Positions 37,361 through 50,410 of a DNA stretch of 64,000 nucleotides are shown in pieces (the stretch's first letter is position 1; each line of letters opens with the position of its first letter). The notes under the pieces are model-generated. The model did not search any database. It was not told the DNA's origin and saw nothing but the letters and a program-made list of their open reading frames with translations. Origin of the DNA: Vicugna vicugna (taxonomy: Eukaryota); the NCBI GenBank assembly GCA_013265495.1, contig MU058213.1:5539149-5603148 (forward strand), read 5' to 3'. The position numbers and the translations under genes were made by a program.

Positions 37361-40243
37361 GGAGATGTCAGCCTGACCAGAGAGGACTGGCTATGAAGCG
37401 TGAGGATGGCGGGGGCGGGGGGGGGCGTTGCAAGGATGACTCCTGCTTCCTTAGGAGCGAGCAGAATGACCTCTCTGTTCCTGCTTACATAACCCTGACC
37501 AGGCACATTGGGCCCCTGCTCCAAGGTGTGCTGTAGCACCTAATCTACGTGGGCAGAGCTGGCCTCATGAGCACGGGGAAATCCTGGATGGCCTTCCAGG
37601 CTCAGCTGTCCGTAGAGCGATGGATTTTCAGTTCGTTCTTTAACATATAGGAACACCAATGCAACTTTCCACTATTGTTTCCCCCCAGAAAAGTGAGATA
37701 AATAAAATCATTTTTATTGGCCTCCTAGGAAATTCCGCGGCCTGTTTTCAAAGCTGTGTTAAATACACACTTCAGTGATGCTCTATTCCAGGTACAGTGA
37801 TTCTCAAATTACAGTCCCCAGACCAGCAACACTGACATCACCTGGGACCTTGATAAAAATGCAGATTCTTGATCCCACCCTAGACCTACTGGATCAGAAA
37901 CTGGGTTCAGAGCCAACAGTCTGTTTTACAAGCCCTCTGGGTGATTCCGATGTGTTCTGAAGTTTGAGACCCAAGGCTCTATACATGTACTAGATTCAAT
38001 TCACCAAGTTCAAAGGGACCACAGACTATAAAAACTAAGGCTTATGTTACAGGTTTATTGTTCAGTCTGAATTTAGAGGAGTAGAAATAGGAAACAGTGT
38101 TATATTTCACCCCATCCTGCCTTCAACCATGTACCATCAAGTCATACCTTTTCACCCCTTAATAGCATCTTGAGTAGATTTCTTAACGTTTGGTCAGTTC
38201 TGTTATTAAGTCTTTTTTCATCGTATTTTATTCTAAAGCCTCCATCTCACATGTGACTTGACGTTCTTCCTTTTCCCCTTCATGAGCTAGATTCAGGGAG
38301 GAGGTGGGATCTGGAGTGGGCCGGGCAGAGTTCTACTCTTTCAGTCCTCACAGGGGTCCCGTGGGCTGGGCTGGGAGAGCAGGCCTGGTTCTGGAATGGC
38401 TCCCCCTCCCTTTGCAGGGCCTATCCTCTCTGGGAAAGCTGGTGGTGGGGTACAGGTGGTGGGGACAGAGATCCTCACTGCTCACTGGCTGTCTGGTCTC
38501 ACTCTGGTCCACTCTGGGCCCATGTGCTGCTGGTGGCCTTGGCTGTGGAATGGTCCTTTGAGAATGTGTGTGGCTCCGAGGGCCCTGTCAGTGTGACCCC
38601 AGCTCATCTGTCACTAAGGACAACTCTGGCCCCTTTGGCTTCTCCAGTGGTCTGTGCCCCCACCACTCTGTCCTCCTGTACAGAGCCTCAGAAACCGCTG
38701 GCATCTCCTTCCCCACCCTCAAAGGGCTGAAGGGAGCTGAGCTGAGAATCCCACCCTGTCAGGCACACCATCCCCCAGCTGTTTCTCCCCATGTGGCTGA
38801 GCTGCCTGTCTTCAGATGGCCAAACAAGGCACAGCCTCCACGTTCAAACAGAGCCCCACAAACTCTCTCCAAAACTCCATCAACCTATGTATCCCTACCA
38901 CCAGATGGGCCAAGGGTCTCAGCACCTGAGCAAGCATCCAGCCTGGAGCAGTATGACAAGTCAGCCTCCTGCAGGCCTCACCCTGTCATCTCCATGTGGG
39001 ATTTCCAAAGCTGCCCCAAGCTGGACCTCAAGATGAGAGGCATGATGGGAGGGCAGAAGTAAATTCATCTCCCACTAACTCCCTCTGCCCTTCTCCCATC
39101 TGTCTCACTACATGAGGCCAGGGGAGGGGGCAGGAATGACAGTTGGGCCCCCTCCTCGGGAGCCCTGGATTTGGGGGTGATCTCTTTAGAGAGTATGGGT
39201 CACTTAGCACAAAGTGTTTCCAGCAGATCTTCTGGTGCCAGTTCTGTTCACTGTCCTCTTACACTTGCTCTTTGCTACATGTGTTCACGTATATTATCTC
39301 GACCTCACAGTGATCCTGTGAGGCATTTAACCTAAAAGAAACAGGCTTGAGGGGGTTAAGTGACAAGCTCAACCTCACATGCCTGGGGTGGCGGTGGAAG
39401 AGGCACCAGCCCTACAGCTCCGGCACCGGTCCTCTCCCTGCTGGTTCATGCAGTGCCTCAGCACACTTGTTTTGCAGCTTTAAACAGACTCAAAGCAGCT
39501 CACCGGGAAAATGCTTGTTTCCAAAGCCACGGAGCAGCTGACAGTGGAGGGTTTGGGGCACGGGATTACCTTAGAGAAAACACCAGCTGGTTCACATCAT
39601 GGGGTCGTAACCACTGTCTTCCCAGGCCGAGGCCACATGACCCCAGGGAACTCTGAGGTGGCTTTAGTCAGCCAGCCCCTCCTGCTTTTCTGGGGTTAGG
39701 GAAGGGGCAGGGGAGGGGATATAAGTTGGTACTTCCAAAGCAAAAAGCTGGGCATGAGCTGACAGGGCTGACTGGCTAGACCCTGTGCTCTGGCCTCATA
39801 GAATACTCATCCCAGGTCGTGCAGGGTCAGGGCACCATCTGTGCCTTCTGGATGGCTCTGTCCAGAATGACTCATTTCCACACATGGTGGGTGGAGGTTC
39901 ACGGTTAAACTTCCGACAATGGCCAGACTGCATGGCAATTTTCTGATCAACAGATGGGATTGGAGCCCCTGCTACACACAAGAGGCTTCTTTCTTCAAGT
40001 TTAAGTAGAGACTTATGATGACCATGAGACCCTTGCATGCACTTATCCAGGGCAGAACTGCCCCCAGGGCTGGGGTTCCACCCAGATGGGCTGGGATCAT
40101 ATTTCCCCACCAAAGATCAAAGTGCTCACCCTCAATAGAGCCAGTTGTTAAATTTTCAAGACTTTTGTAAAAAAAAGAAAATTTTTTTTCAAGAATTTTG
40201 TGAGCTGATTGTTAAGCACAGCCACTATTTAAAAATTAAATCT

Positions 40244-41286
40244 CACCAGCAGTGTAGGAGGGTTCCCCCTTTCTCCACAGCCTCTCTAGCATTTTGTCAT
40301 TTGTGGACTTTTGAATGATGGCCATTCTGACTGGTGTGAGGTGATACCTCATTGTAGTTTTGATTTGCATTTCTCTGATAATTAGTGATATTGAGCATTT
40401 TTTCATGTGCTTACTGATCATTTGTATTTCTTTCTTGGAGAATTGCTTGTTTAGGTCTTTGGCCCATTTTTGGATTGGGTTGTTTGTTTTGTCTTATTAA
40501 GCCATATGAGCTGCTTATATATTCTGGAGATCAAGCCTTTGTCAATTTCATTTGCAAAAATTTTCTCCCATTCCGTAGGTTGTCTTTTTGTTTTACTTAT
40601 GGTTTCCTTTGCTGTGCAGAAGCTTGTAAGTTTAATTAGGTCCCATTTGTTTATTCTTGCTTTTATTTCTATTGCTTGGGTAGATTGTGCTAGGGAATGC
40701 AGTTTGGTACAGCCACTGTGGAAAACAGTATGGAGATTCCTCAAAAGACTAGGAATAGACTTACCATATGACCCAGGAATCCTGCTCCTGGGCATATATC
40801 CAGAAGGAACCCTGCTTCAAAATGACACCTGCACCCCAATGTTCATAGCAGCACTATTTACAATAGCCAAGACATGGAAACAGCCTAAATGTCCATCAAC
40901 AGATGACTGGATAAAGAAGAGGTGGTATTTTTATACAATGGAATACTACTCAGCCATAAAAACTGACAGAAAGAGAAAAAAAAGAACATAAATACAAAAC
41001 AGAAACAGACTCACAGACATAGAATACAAACTTGTGGTTGCCAAGGGGGCAGTGGGTAGGAAGGGACAGACTGGGATTTCAAAATGCAGAACAGATAAAC
41101 AAGATTATACTATATAGCACAGGGAAATATATACAAGATCTTATGGTAGCTCACAGATTAAAAAATGAATGTATATATGTTTATGTATAACTGAAAAATT
41201 GTGCTCTACACTGGAATTTGACACAACACTGTAAAATGATTATAACTCAATAAAAAAAAGTTAAAAATAATTTAAAAATAAAAAAT
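40244..41286 (+). mobile_element. Young L1 with 5' inversion (40244-~40694 antisense; ~40694-41286 sense with A tail)
   Basis: L1 ORF2 peptides on both strands ([18 protein letters not shown] on minus; [17 protein letters not shown]...[13 protein letters not shown] on plus). Perfect 13-bp TSD AAAAATTAAATCT at 40231-40243 and 41287-41299. Confidence 0.95.
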
Positions 41287-41635
41287 AAAAATTAAATCTT
41301 AGAAACTTACAATTAAATAAAGTTAAAAACAACAGTAGTAAATACTCAAACTCCTCTGTTCTAGTTATTTTACAACATTTCAGTATTATCTCTGTTCTTG
41401 ACGTTATTGACATTTACTAAGATTTATGATGGAAATACTATATATTGATGTGCCAAAGTTCATCTCTTCCCAACTCCCCTTAGTAGTAACATCACGCTGG
41501 TAGCTACATGATGACTGTATTTACACATGGAAATTGGCAAACACTACAAATGTATTTTACATAAATAAATACATAAAAATATAGATGAAAATAATTAATC
41601 AAGGTTTGATTTATTGTTTTGCTGAGTATGTAGAG

Positions 41636-41849
41636 CAAGTATCAGCAAACCTTTTCGGTAAGGGCTAGGTAGTAAATATTTTCCCCTTTGTAGGTCATAT
41701 GGTCTCGGTTGTGACTACATAGTTCTCTATTGTGGCACAAACACAGCTACAGACAATAAACGAATGAATGTGGCTGTGTTCCAATAAAACTTTATTTACA
41801 TAAATAGGAGATGGGCCAGATTTGACAGGCCAGAAATTGCAGGCCCCTT
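41636..41849. mobile_element. MER58A-like hAT-Charlie element
   Basis: CAGCAAACCTTTTCGGTAAGGGCTAGGTAGTAAATATTTT...AATGAATGTGGCTGTGTTCCAATAAAACTTTATTTAC. Confidence 0.85.
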
Positions 41850-43958
41850 AAGAAAGCCTTAACTATCAAGGTAAAATGTTGACTATGAGGATTAAACTGA
41901 AAAGTGTACTGTGTCTGTAGCGGTTCCAACTATAAACAGCACAAAAAACTGAGGAGATGCTCTTCCAGGATTCTAAAGCAATCATCTGATACAGCCGAGA
42001 AGCAGCTTATGTCATTGTTGAATGGTTTAAGTTCTGAAACAGGTCTTCATTGTTTGTTTTGTCTTACTCCACGTAAATGAAAGTATCAACTATCATTCCT
42101 ATTAGAATGATCCACGTTCATCACTCGCACCCAGGGGGCTGGCTAGTGATAGAAAAGTCCAGCAAAAGTCAACAGGAATGTTTTGTGAGAGCCAGTTGGC
42201 TATACGGAGTTTACAATAAAGAGTACTCAATATTTTATTATTCCTTATAAACTGTGTAATACATAGCCTTGATATTAATAGACTACATAATAAATTACGT
42301 ATGTATACATATGCATACATTTCTTTCCAGGGAGCCGATGTTAAATATTTCCCATCACTCTACTGCCTGTGGGGCAGCTACATAAAAGGAGACCAAACTG
42401 TCCAGAGTAAGCACGTGTTGGAGGACCAGAGTCTAGGAGAGGGGAGGGGTGTCAGGGATGGAGAGACAATCAGGCGGGCCCTCCAGGATATCCTGGAAGG
42501 CTTCATGGAGGACATAGCACCCTAAAGAGCCATAGGACTCAAAATGAATGGGGAGGGGCTGTGCTTCAGACAGGTCAACAGCACGCACAAAAGAGCAGAG
42601 GTAGGCACGCCCTGCCTCGGTCAGGACTACCAAGAGGAGAGGGCCAGCACAGGAAGCAGTGGGGGATGAAGTGGGCCCAGCTACATTTAATGACACGGAA
42701 ACGTGCTATGAGGTTGAGCACAGAAAAAGCAGGTTACAAAATGTGTGCACTTGTGTTAAGGAAAAGAATACATTAGAAGAAAATGCACTTAAACGTAAAT
42801 AGCTCTGGGTGACAGGATTAGAGCTGATTTTGTTTTCATGCTCCTTAGCACTTTTCTGTAGCTTCCTGTTATTCTGAAGTGGTGTGTATTACTTTGATAA
42901 TCATGCAGGTATAAAGGGCAAAAAGCAGGCAGCCCTAAAGCACTGGGATAAACCCGAAGCCGTAGCCAAGAAGAGGCCACCTGGCCCCTTGCAGCCCAGA
43001 GGCCCCGGGAGGGAGGCGCTGAGGAGGGCTGCACTGGAGACTAGGGGGTGAGCCCCCTCTCCTGGGAAGACTGCAGGAGCCCCTGGGTGACAACTGTGAA
43101 TGCCCCCGCCCTGCGGGCCTGAAGCAGTGCTCTCCGTGAGGGGGTCTGCCCCCACCCCTCGGCCTCACACACGTGTCTTCTTTCTCTTTTATCCCTCAAG
43201 TACTAGTTTGCAAAGTTTTCCCCCTCCATACTCAAAAAAGCAGAACAAATTGGAAAAAGGAAAAAAAAGAGAGAGAGAGAGATTCTCTGTCTTTCTAGGA
43301 CTTCACCGTTGCAATTTTCCCAAGTGAAGAAGTAGATGTTTTAAAGAGTACACCTGATTCATAGAAGTAGAAAATTAGAAGGGATCCTGGAGAACATCCA
43401 GTCCAACTCATTTATTCCACTAAGAAGGAAACAGAAACTCAGGAGGCCAAGCACTATACCCAAGGGTGCAGAGCTGGGTGGACCCTGGTCTCCAGCAGAG
43501 GTGACACCCGGGCCTGGTACCCCCTTACTCAGCATCTAAGCCCTATCAAAAGGAGCCCGGAGGCTCACTGGCAGGTAGGCTGAGCAGTCCTGGGCTTCAG
43601 AGCATGGCCGATTTCAATCCTCCCTCAAGTTTACCCATGGAAGCAAGAGCACCCACAAGGCACCCATCTTATTATATGTGACCTGGCTTCTCCTCCGTAC
43701 ACCACACACCTGGAATAGCTCCCTCAGTGCATGGGACCACTCGCTCCTCACCTGTGGTGGATGAGACCTGCAAAGCTGTCTTCTCCATAAAGCCTTTCTT
43801 TGACTAAGGTCATGTCATTTCGTGATCAGTCATTTTCACTGTTATTACCTTTACTTGCCAAACCAGCCAGATAATTTTATTTGGTAATCAGAAGGGCTAA
43901 AAACACTGGCTTGGTCATTTTTTCCATATAAATTTGACCAAACTACATATAAAGTGGG

Positions 43959-44088
43959 TTTTTTTTTTAATTTGGGGGGGGTTAAGTAATTAGGTTTATT
44001 TATTTATTTTTAACAAGGTACTAGGGATTGAACCCAGGACCTCATGCATGCTAAGCACTCGCTCTACCATTGACCTATACCCTCCCCC
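43959..44088 (-). mobile_element. Camelid tRNA-Ala-derived SINE (vic-1 type, long-tail form)
   Basis: Family body as above. TSD TAAAGTGGG at 43950-43958 and 44089-44097. Confidence 0.9.
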
Positions 44089-46060
44089 TAAAGTGGGGAT
44101 TTTCATCTTTCATCTAAATACCTAGCAGCCCCTGTGACTCACACAATTCCTTTTCCTCTCCCTCCTGGACCAAAGTCCGTGTCTTCATCCTGCCACTGAT
44201 GCTGACTACTTGGGTATTTTCTGCACACCTCTCTGTGTACATGCCATGTTGTTAACCTTAAATTATAAGTTACTGGAGTACAGAGAACATATAAGTTTAT
44301 GCTTTTTCTGATTGGGAACATCTATAGCTGGAAGATTAAGAAATACATTTTCATGAGCTGGGGAATAACAAAAATTAAATGGCAAAAGTCCTTGCTGTCC
44401 CCAGTAGTTGGAAAGCTTTAAAAAAAAAATAAGTACCTATTTCAGAGTTTTACTACTACAGAGACAGGTGAACTTCTAGAGGAAAATTTGTACCTGTATA
44501 CCTCGTGCCATGCTTCTTAAAAGAATAAAAGTTTAAACGGGATCATCTCCTGAACAAACTAAATATGAAGTTCACAAACTGACCATTAAAGTTTGGAAAT
44601 GGACTTCCCTGAGCAAGGTGGGCATGTGTGATGGTTCGACCAACAGCATAGCGTCCCCACCATGTCCTCCACCTTGTGTAATTAAAGCATAACCTGGGGA
44701 GATGAAGGCAAACAACAAGAACCACTGGCATTGTTCTTTAGATCAGTGTCCACTCTAACTAGTGTATATGTCATTGTTATCATTCATAGCAGAGAGATTG
44801 TCCTCATCCCTGGCTCTTTCCTCCAAGTCAAAACATCTGCGGTGACACCTTCCAAAGAATGTCCCATTCAAGGCTTTCCCACCTAGTCTAAACCCTCAGT
44901 CTTGGATGCTTTCAGCTTTTAGAACAGCTTTCCACCAGAGCTGAAAAACGCTCTTGGTTCATTTCCCCTTGAGAAAAGCTCAGAAGCCAAAGAAGTCCCT
45001 ATTTCCAAGCTCTTCCCAGTAGAATTGGAGTCACCCTTATGCCCCAGGGATTACACACAGAGGACCACCATCTGCATTCCAGTACACTCCGTCCCTTGTC
45101 CTCGACCCCACAGTCCTAAAAGAATGAGGATAAAGGAGATTTCAGCACCTTCTGAAAAAAAGCCCCTTGTCAACCATCTCCCTGATCTTTAGGAGATGAT
45201 TTAATTTGCGCATTAGCTCAACCCCAAAGCCTGCCATCAATAACACCATTCAGGTCCTTATGTCCATGGCTTTATTATTTTTCTAATGAATATTTAAGAG
45301 GAAAAGGTAATAGATCATAGAATGCTGAGAAGACTATAAATTTCCCTTTGCCTGTGGATGCAATACATTCTAGACGGGAAGGATGGTGGGGGAGCTGGCT
45401 TCACATTTTTTAGGTGATATTTCTATTTTCTACTTTGGCTGAGACAAAGGGAGCTATCAGTCACTGAAAGCCAATGCCCTAGCAGACTCAAGGTGGGGCA
45501 GTCCTCTCTCAGCACAGGAAGACTGCTGGGAAGTCTTGTTAAAAAATCTAGTGGCCAACCTTTGACCTTTCCCAGTGAGCAGGAAGTGATGCAGAAAATG
45601 TCTTATTAGAGACCCTGCTTTGGATAATCCCCATATAGAGGGTAAATATTTGCTGGTGAGGTTGTATTTTAGTCCTTTGCTAAGTTTAAGTGAAGCTATC
45701 TTTTCAAAGCCTTTGGAGAATTGGATTCATTGCTTTTTTCCCCCTCTTTGGGGTCTCTTTTAGAGATTTAACTATAAATATATGCACACATAAACCAAAT
45801 AAAACCTACAAAGACATAACAAGTCCCAGGCCTGGTCCAGGTTTTCAGGAAATTAGCAGTTTCTGGAGGAAAGTCCCACCCACTCCTAAAAACGGAAAAT
45901 ATAAACAAGATGACAGTCTACCAGCAAACAGATGTTTTGTATCCCCTCAAGTCAGATAAATAGATTTTTATATTTAGGAGAAAACAAATAAGCATTTCCC
46001 CCAGTGTGGGCTTGGCTTGGCCCACACTGAGGGAGGAAAGCAGCCCCGGTTCTGTGCACT

Positions 46061-46110
46061 GGATAAGCCACAGCCCCGGATAAGCCACAGCCCCGGATAA
46101 GCCACACCCC
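46061..46110. repeat. 17-bp minisatellite, 3 copies (GGATAAGCCACAGCCCC)
   Basis: Two perfect units plus GGATAAGCCACACCCC. Confidence 0.95.
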
Positions 46111-48099
46111 TTCCCAAGGCCGCCTGCACTGTAACAGACTCTGCTCAGTTTACCTGCTGGGGAGGGACTGCTACCCTATTGCTATCATAGGGCCTCTGAG
46201 GCCCTGTGCAAAAGACACACTTCCTCCTTGCTGTAAAGGCCCTGGGCGGCCCCTGGTGGGGCTCCTGGGTTCCTCTAAGATCAGAACAACAGACAGACGT
46301 GGGAGCAGTGGGCTCACACCTGACAAAAACTGGCCCCTCCGATTTTCCTAAGAAGGGGTTCATCCTGAGGGCTCCCTTGCAAGGCTGCGCAGGTCCTGCC
46401 CCTCTGCTTTCATGCCTTCCATTGGGTGTCTGAGTGCGGCCCCTTGGGGTCTGCTAAGGAAGTCTTTTCAACTCCTAATGAGCATCATTCAACCAACTCT
46501 AAAACGCCCAAAATCACTCAGCTCCCAGCACGTTGGCCCGCGAACAGCCTGGCTTCTGTCTTTGAGGATGTTGAAAACGTATTTCTGAAACGAGGGCTTG
46601 GCCTCTCGCTGGAGTTCTAACTCTGGATGTAAAGCAGTGAGGTAGAAGCTTTGGGGAATTCAGAACACAGAGGACAGCTCGTGGGGAAGGGGGTTGCCGA
46701 GCCCTCGGGGTGACTAGGGGTGTAAAGTGGAAAGGAAAGGAGGGGTCAAGTGGGAGCAGCGTGTACAGACAGTCTTGGTGGGCTCTTGGGGCCGGGGCCA
46801 CCCACGTGACCAGAGAGAAGGGGCTGCAACACTCCAGAGCCCCACGCTCTGTGCCAGACACACTACCACACCCTTCCCGTAGTCTATGACCCCATCTCCC
46901 ACCCTCACCCAGCCTACGAGGAGCTCTCATAACATCTCTCTCAATGATTAGGAACCTGAGGCTCGCGACAGTTACCGTGCTTGCTCAAGGGCACTCAGCT
47001 AGTTAGGGGAGGGCTGGAATGCAAACTCAGAGCGACTGACAGTATGGCTCATGCAGGTCCATTTTCTGCCCTGTATCTGTGTCTCCCACGGAGGGTTTGG
47101 AGAAGCCCCGGAGCTGAGAGATTACAGAGCACCAGACGTGGGCGGTGGGAAAAACAGGACCACCTGTTACAGGGAAGGAGTCAGGATCAAGAGCAGAAGA
47201 ACCCAGTACCAAACAGCTCAGAGAGGGGCATCCTCATTTAGCCCCTCTGGTCTTGGTTCTCTCATCTGTGAAGGGACAATGGGCCAGACTGGTTCATCTC
47301 TGAAAAAGGGAGCATTAAGGCTCTTGAGCAAAGAAGTGACTGCGACTTGACGCTTAAGGGGTCTGGGTTTGGGGCTGGTCCACAGGCTGGTTGCAGGGGA
47401 AGAAAGCAAGCCAGCAAGGCCAGTTTCCTAAACGGGCCGAAACCCAGATGTGAGGTGAAGGCGGCAAGACGCAGGTGCAGAGGACACGGCAGTCACTGTT
47501 GCAAAAGCGGGGTCAAAGCAAGATGCAAGAAACGCTTCAAAGGAAAAGCAAAGAGCATTCAGGGATTGCCTGGGATAATGACAGCAGTAAGTGCTAACGT
47601 CTGCAGAGAGTTCTGCCCATTACCCCACCAAGGGCTCCTGATCTTCACAACAGCCCTGCTGCCGGATCACGGATGGTGAGGAAAGTGAAGTTCACAGAGT
47701 AACTTGCCCCCAGTGGCAGAGCCAGGATTTGAACTCAGACAGTCTCCGTGCAGAGCCCGTGTGCTTAATCCCCACGAAACCCTGCCTCTCCCTGTGTCCT
47801 GAAGGGAAGAACAGCTCTCTCACTTGGGCCTCTGCATTTCACTCACAGTGACTGATCCGAGGAAGCCTCCTCCTCTCCCTGGTCCCAATTCCCTTCAAAT
47901 TCCAGATTCCAGCTTCTCCTTAAAACTCTCACCCTCCGCTCTGTCCGCCTGTCCACACCTACCTCCCACTGTCTCCCACAGTCCAGGCCTGCTCCCCGAC
48001 GCCCAGAGTTTTGCCCCTTGCTCCCCCTCTTACCCATCTGACATCCACACCTCATCCACGCCGCATACCGAGTGTCAGCCCTCTGTCCCCAGAGTTAGG

Positions 48100-48335
48100 C
48101 CCACCTCTCCTTTGCTTCTATCATCAACGTACCTATTTCTTGCATGTATCACACTGTATTTATTGTATTCTTTGCTTGTTAATATTTCCACCCTCCCTAT
48201 AAGAGTGTGAGCACTTAGAAGGCAGAAAGAGGCTGAGTCTTAGTCCAGTCTGTGCACAGTGCATGGTACATAGTAGGTGCTAGATAACTGCTGTTGAGTA
48301 ATTTAACATAATTGATTGCATAAATGAATGAACAA
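48100..48335 (+). mobile_element. LINE-2 3' end
   Basis: AGAGTGTGAGCACTTAGAAGGCAG...CACAGTGCATGGTACATAGTAGGTGCT...AAATGAATGAA. Confidence 0.7.
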
Positions 48336-50002
48336 CTGGGTCCAGGAGAGGGGTCCTTCTGCCTCCAACCCGTCCCACTAAACAAATTCACATCTAGTGT
48401 TTATCGTAAAGCCTCTTTGTGTCTGTCTTAAAGAGTTGATATCACTGGTCTGCTTTCTGCCTTGTCTGTAATCCATTCCACTGGTTTATAGTCACACACA
48501 TACACACACGCACACACACACACACATTTCTTCCCTGAGTGGACCCCAGACCAAAGCCAAGGAAATAAGCGTTCCTCCCCCTGTTCTGTTCCCACTCAAA
48601 TTAATTCTAAGCACAAGAGGACAGAACCCAGGCCCTGCAGGGATAAGCCAGCTGTGCCCAAGACACTACCTCAGAGGTAAGGCTCCGTGGAGCAGGGTAA
48701 TTGCCAGTCTGATTTTCTCGCCTGCAGTTCTTGGCTTCCTCCTCCTCTGTAGGAGAGGCACACCTCTGGCTCAGAGGCCTTCCAGATCATCCTGCCCTCT
48801 CAGGTTGTCTGAGGGAGCCCACCGGCCTCTGCAGGCCCAGGCAGAGGGAGCAGACCCACGGAACCACCGCAAGGACCAGCGCCCGCCCCTGCACTGGGCC
48901 CGGCCTGCCGAGACAGGGCAGCGGGGTTGTCTTGGTGCTCATCAGCACCTGCACAGCTCTGAGTTATTCCCATGGTGCTAAGTAGCCCCCAGAACACTGC
49001 AGACTCAGCCTGGCTTTTGAAGTCCTTGCTTTTGCAGGAGAATCCAAGAAATTGATTCCAAGTCTTCCCTCCCAGCAGGGACCCCAGTGGAGCAGCTCTG
49101 GGGCCAGCTGCCTGGTACAGGGTGAAAGCCAGGGACCAGCTCCCCCGGTGATGCATGAGCCCCACACTGGCAAAGGGCCTCCCTGTCTGACTGCTTTGTT
49201 CTTGTCTTCTGTGGATGACCGAGGGGGCAGGGAAATCCCATGTCATGTACCCCAGGGTCCTGACCGCTGCTTGCTCAGCACAAAGAATGCTGGCGGGGCC
49301 TGAGTCTGGGTTCCAGCAGCAAAGTGCTCTGTGACCTGGGAAAGGGGCTCAGACCCCCTGAACACTGATCTCTAGTGCCTGCCCCACCTCCGCAGTGGAG
49401 AGAACCATGAGGACATATGTGAGTGGACTCGGAAGGAGAAAGAAGCGTGTCAGTGTGACTCAGTGGGTCACAGAAAGCTGTCTGTGCTCTCCCTACACTC
49501 AGATGGTTTGGAGAGAGGGACAGAAGCCAGACCCTCGCCCCCACAGCTGACTGTCAGGAAGGCTCCAAAGAGCTGGTTCCTCCCTGCTGCCTGCCAGCGA
49601 AGTAACCATGGAAGACAGAGAGCAAAGGAGACTCCTGGGCTGTGGCTCCCCTGGGCCCTGAGCAGGTGCCACCACTGGTCCACATCAGACAGGAGCTTGG
49701 GGACCAAGAGGAGAGAAGGGAGGTGCTGAGTGTCTGGGTCCACATTTCCTTACAACCTACACAAGCAAAGCCAGGTGTTGGGTGGGGTTTGTAGCATCCA
49801 CTGAACCACACAGAGACTCCTGGTTTTTTAAATATGTCTGATCAGGCCCTGTACCAGGTGCTCTGTGTGTGAGAGAAGAGAGAAAAGTAAGGAAAGGTGG
49901 TAGTTACAATTTTTAATCCACTGAAAGCATGGCAGGAACTGGCCCAGAAACATCACCCCCTCACCCACACCACACTCCTTTACTTCTCTACTTATTACAG
50001 TT

Positions 50003-50030
50003 ACACACACACACACACACACACACACAC
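50003..50030. repeat. (AC)n microsatellite
   Basis: Direct reading; about 14 units. Confidence 0.95.
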
Positions 50031-50410
50031 CAGCGTCCTTTACCCTTTCTCTCAGGATGCGCAGAGGCCGTTTTGTCTCAGGGCCAAAGATGGCATCCTG
50101 GTCTCCCCAGGGGGCAGTCAGATCCCCCCAAGCCTCATTACACCATTTGACCTGAGGAGGAGTTTAAACTGACCAACCCACCAACCAGCAAACACCCGTC
50201 TTTTATTGCCTTATTATTTCATTTCTCCCCCCGTCTCCCCTTACTCCTTCACTTGATTCAAATGGTGGTCTCCCTCCACTTTGCTCCTCTGAGCTCATGT
50301 CTGTCAGCTTTCACCCACTTGCTAAAGTCTGATTCAGGCCTCACGCCCTACCCCTAGAGGCTTCTGATACCCCCTTTTCTCTGAATACTGTGCTATTTGC
50401 AGCTAACTTG

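Larger units (their letters stand above)
40115..42365. mobile_element. MER63-like hAT-Blackjack element hosting nested L1 and MER58 insertions
   Basis: GAGCCAGTTGTTAAATTTTCAAG...GCTGATTGTTAAGCACAGCCACTATT[L1]AAAAATTAAAT...CATCTCTTCCCAACTCC...GAGCCGATGTTAAATATTTCCCATCACTCTACTG. Confidence 0.75.

Noticed and set aside
40470..40991. 173-aa chimeric ORF as a new gene
   Set aside because: A by-product of the L1 inversion junction, with no promoter or expression evidence.
46061..46110. CRISPR-like array
   Set aside because: Head-to-tail repeats with no spacers in mammalian DNA; this is a minisatellite.
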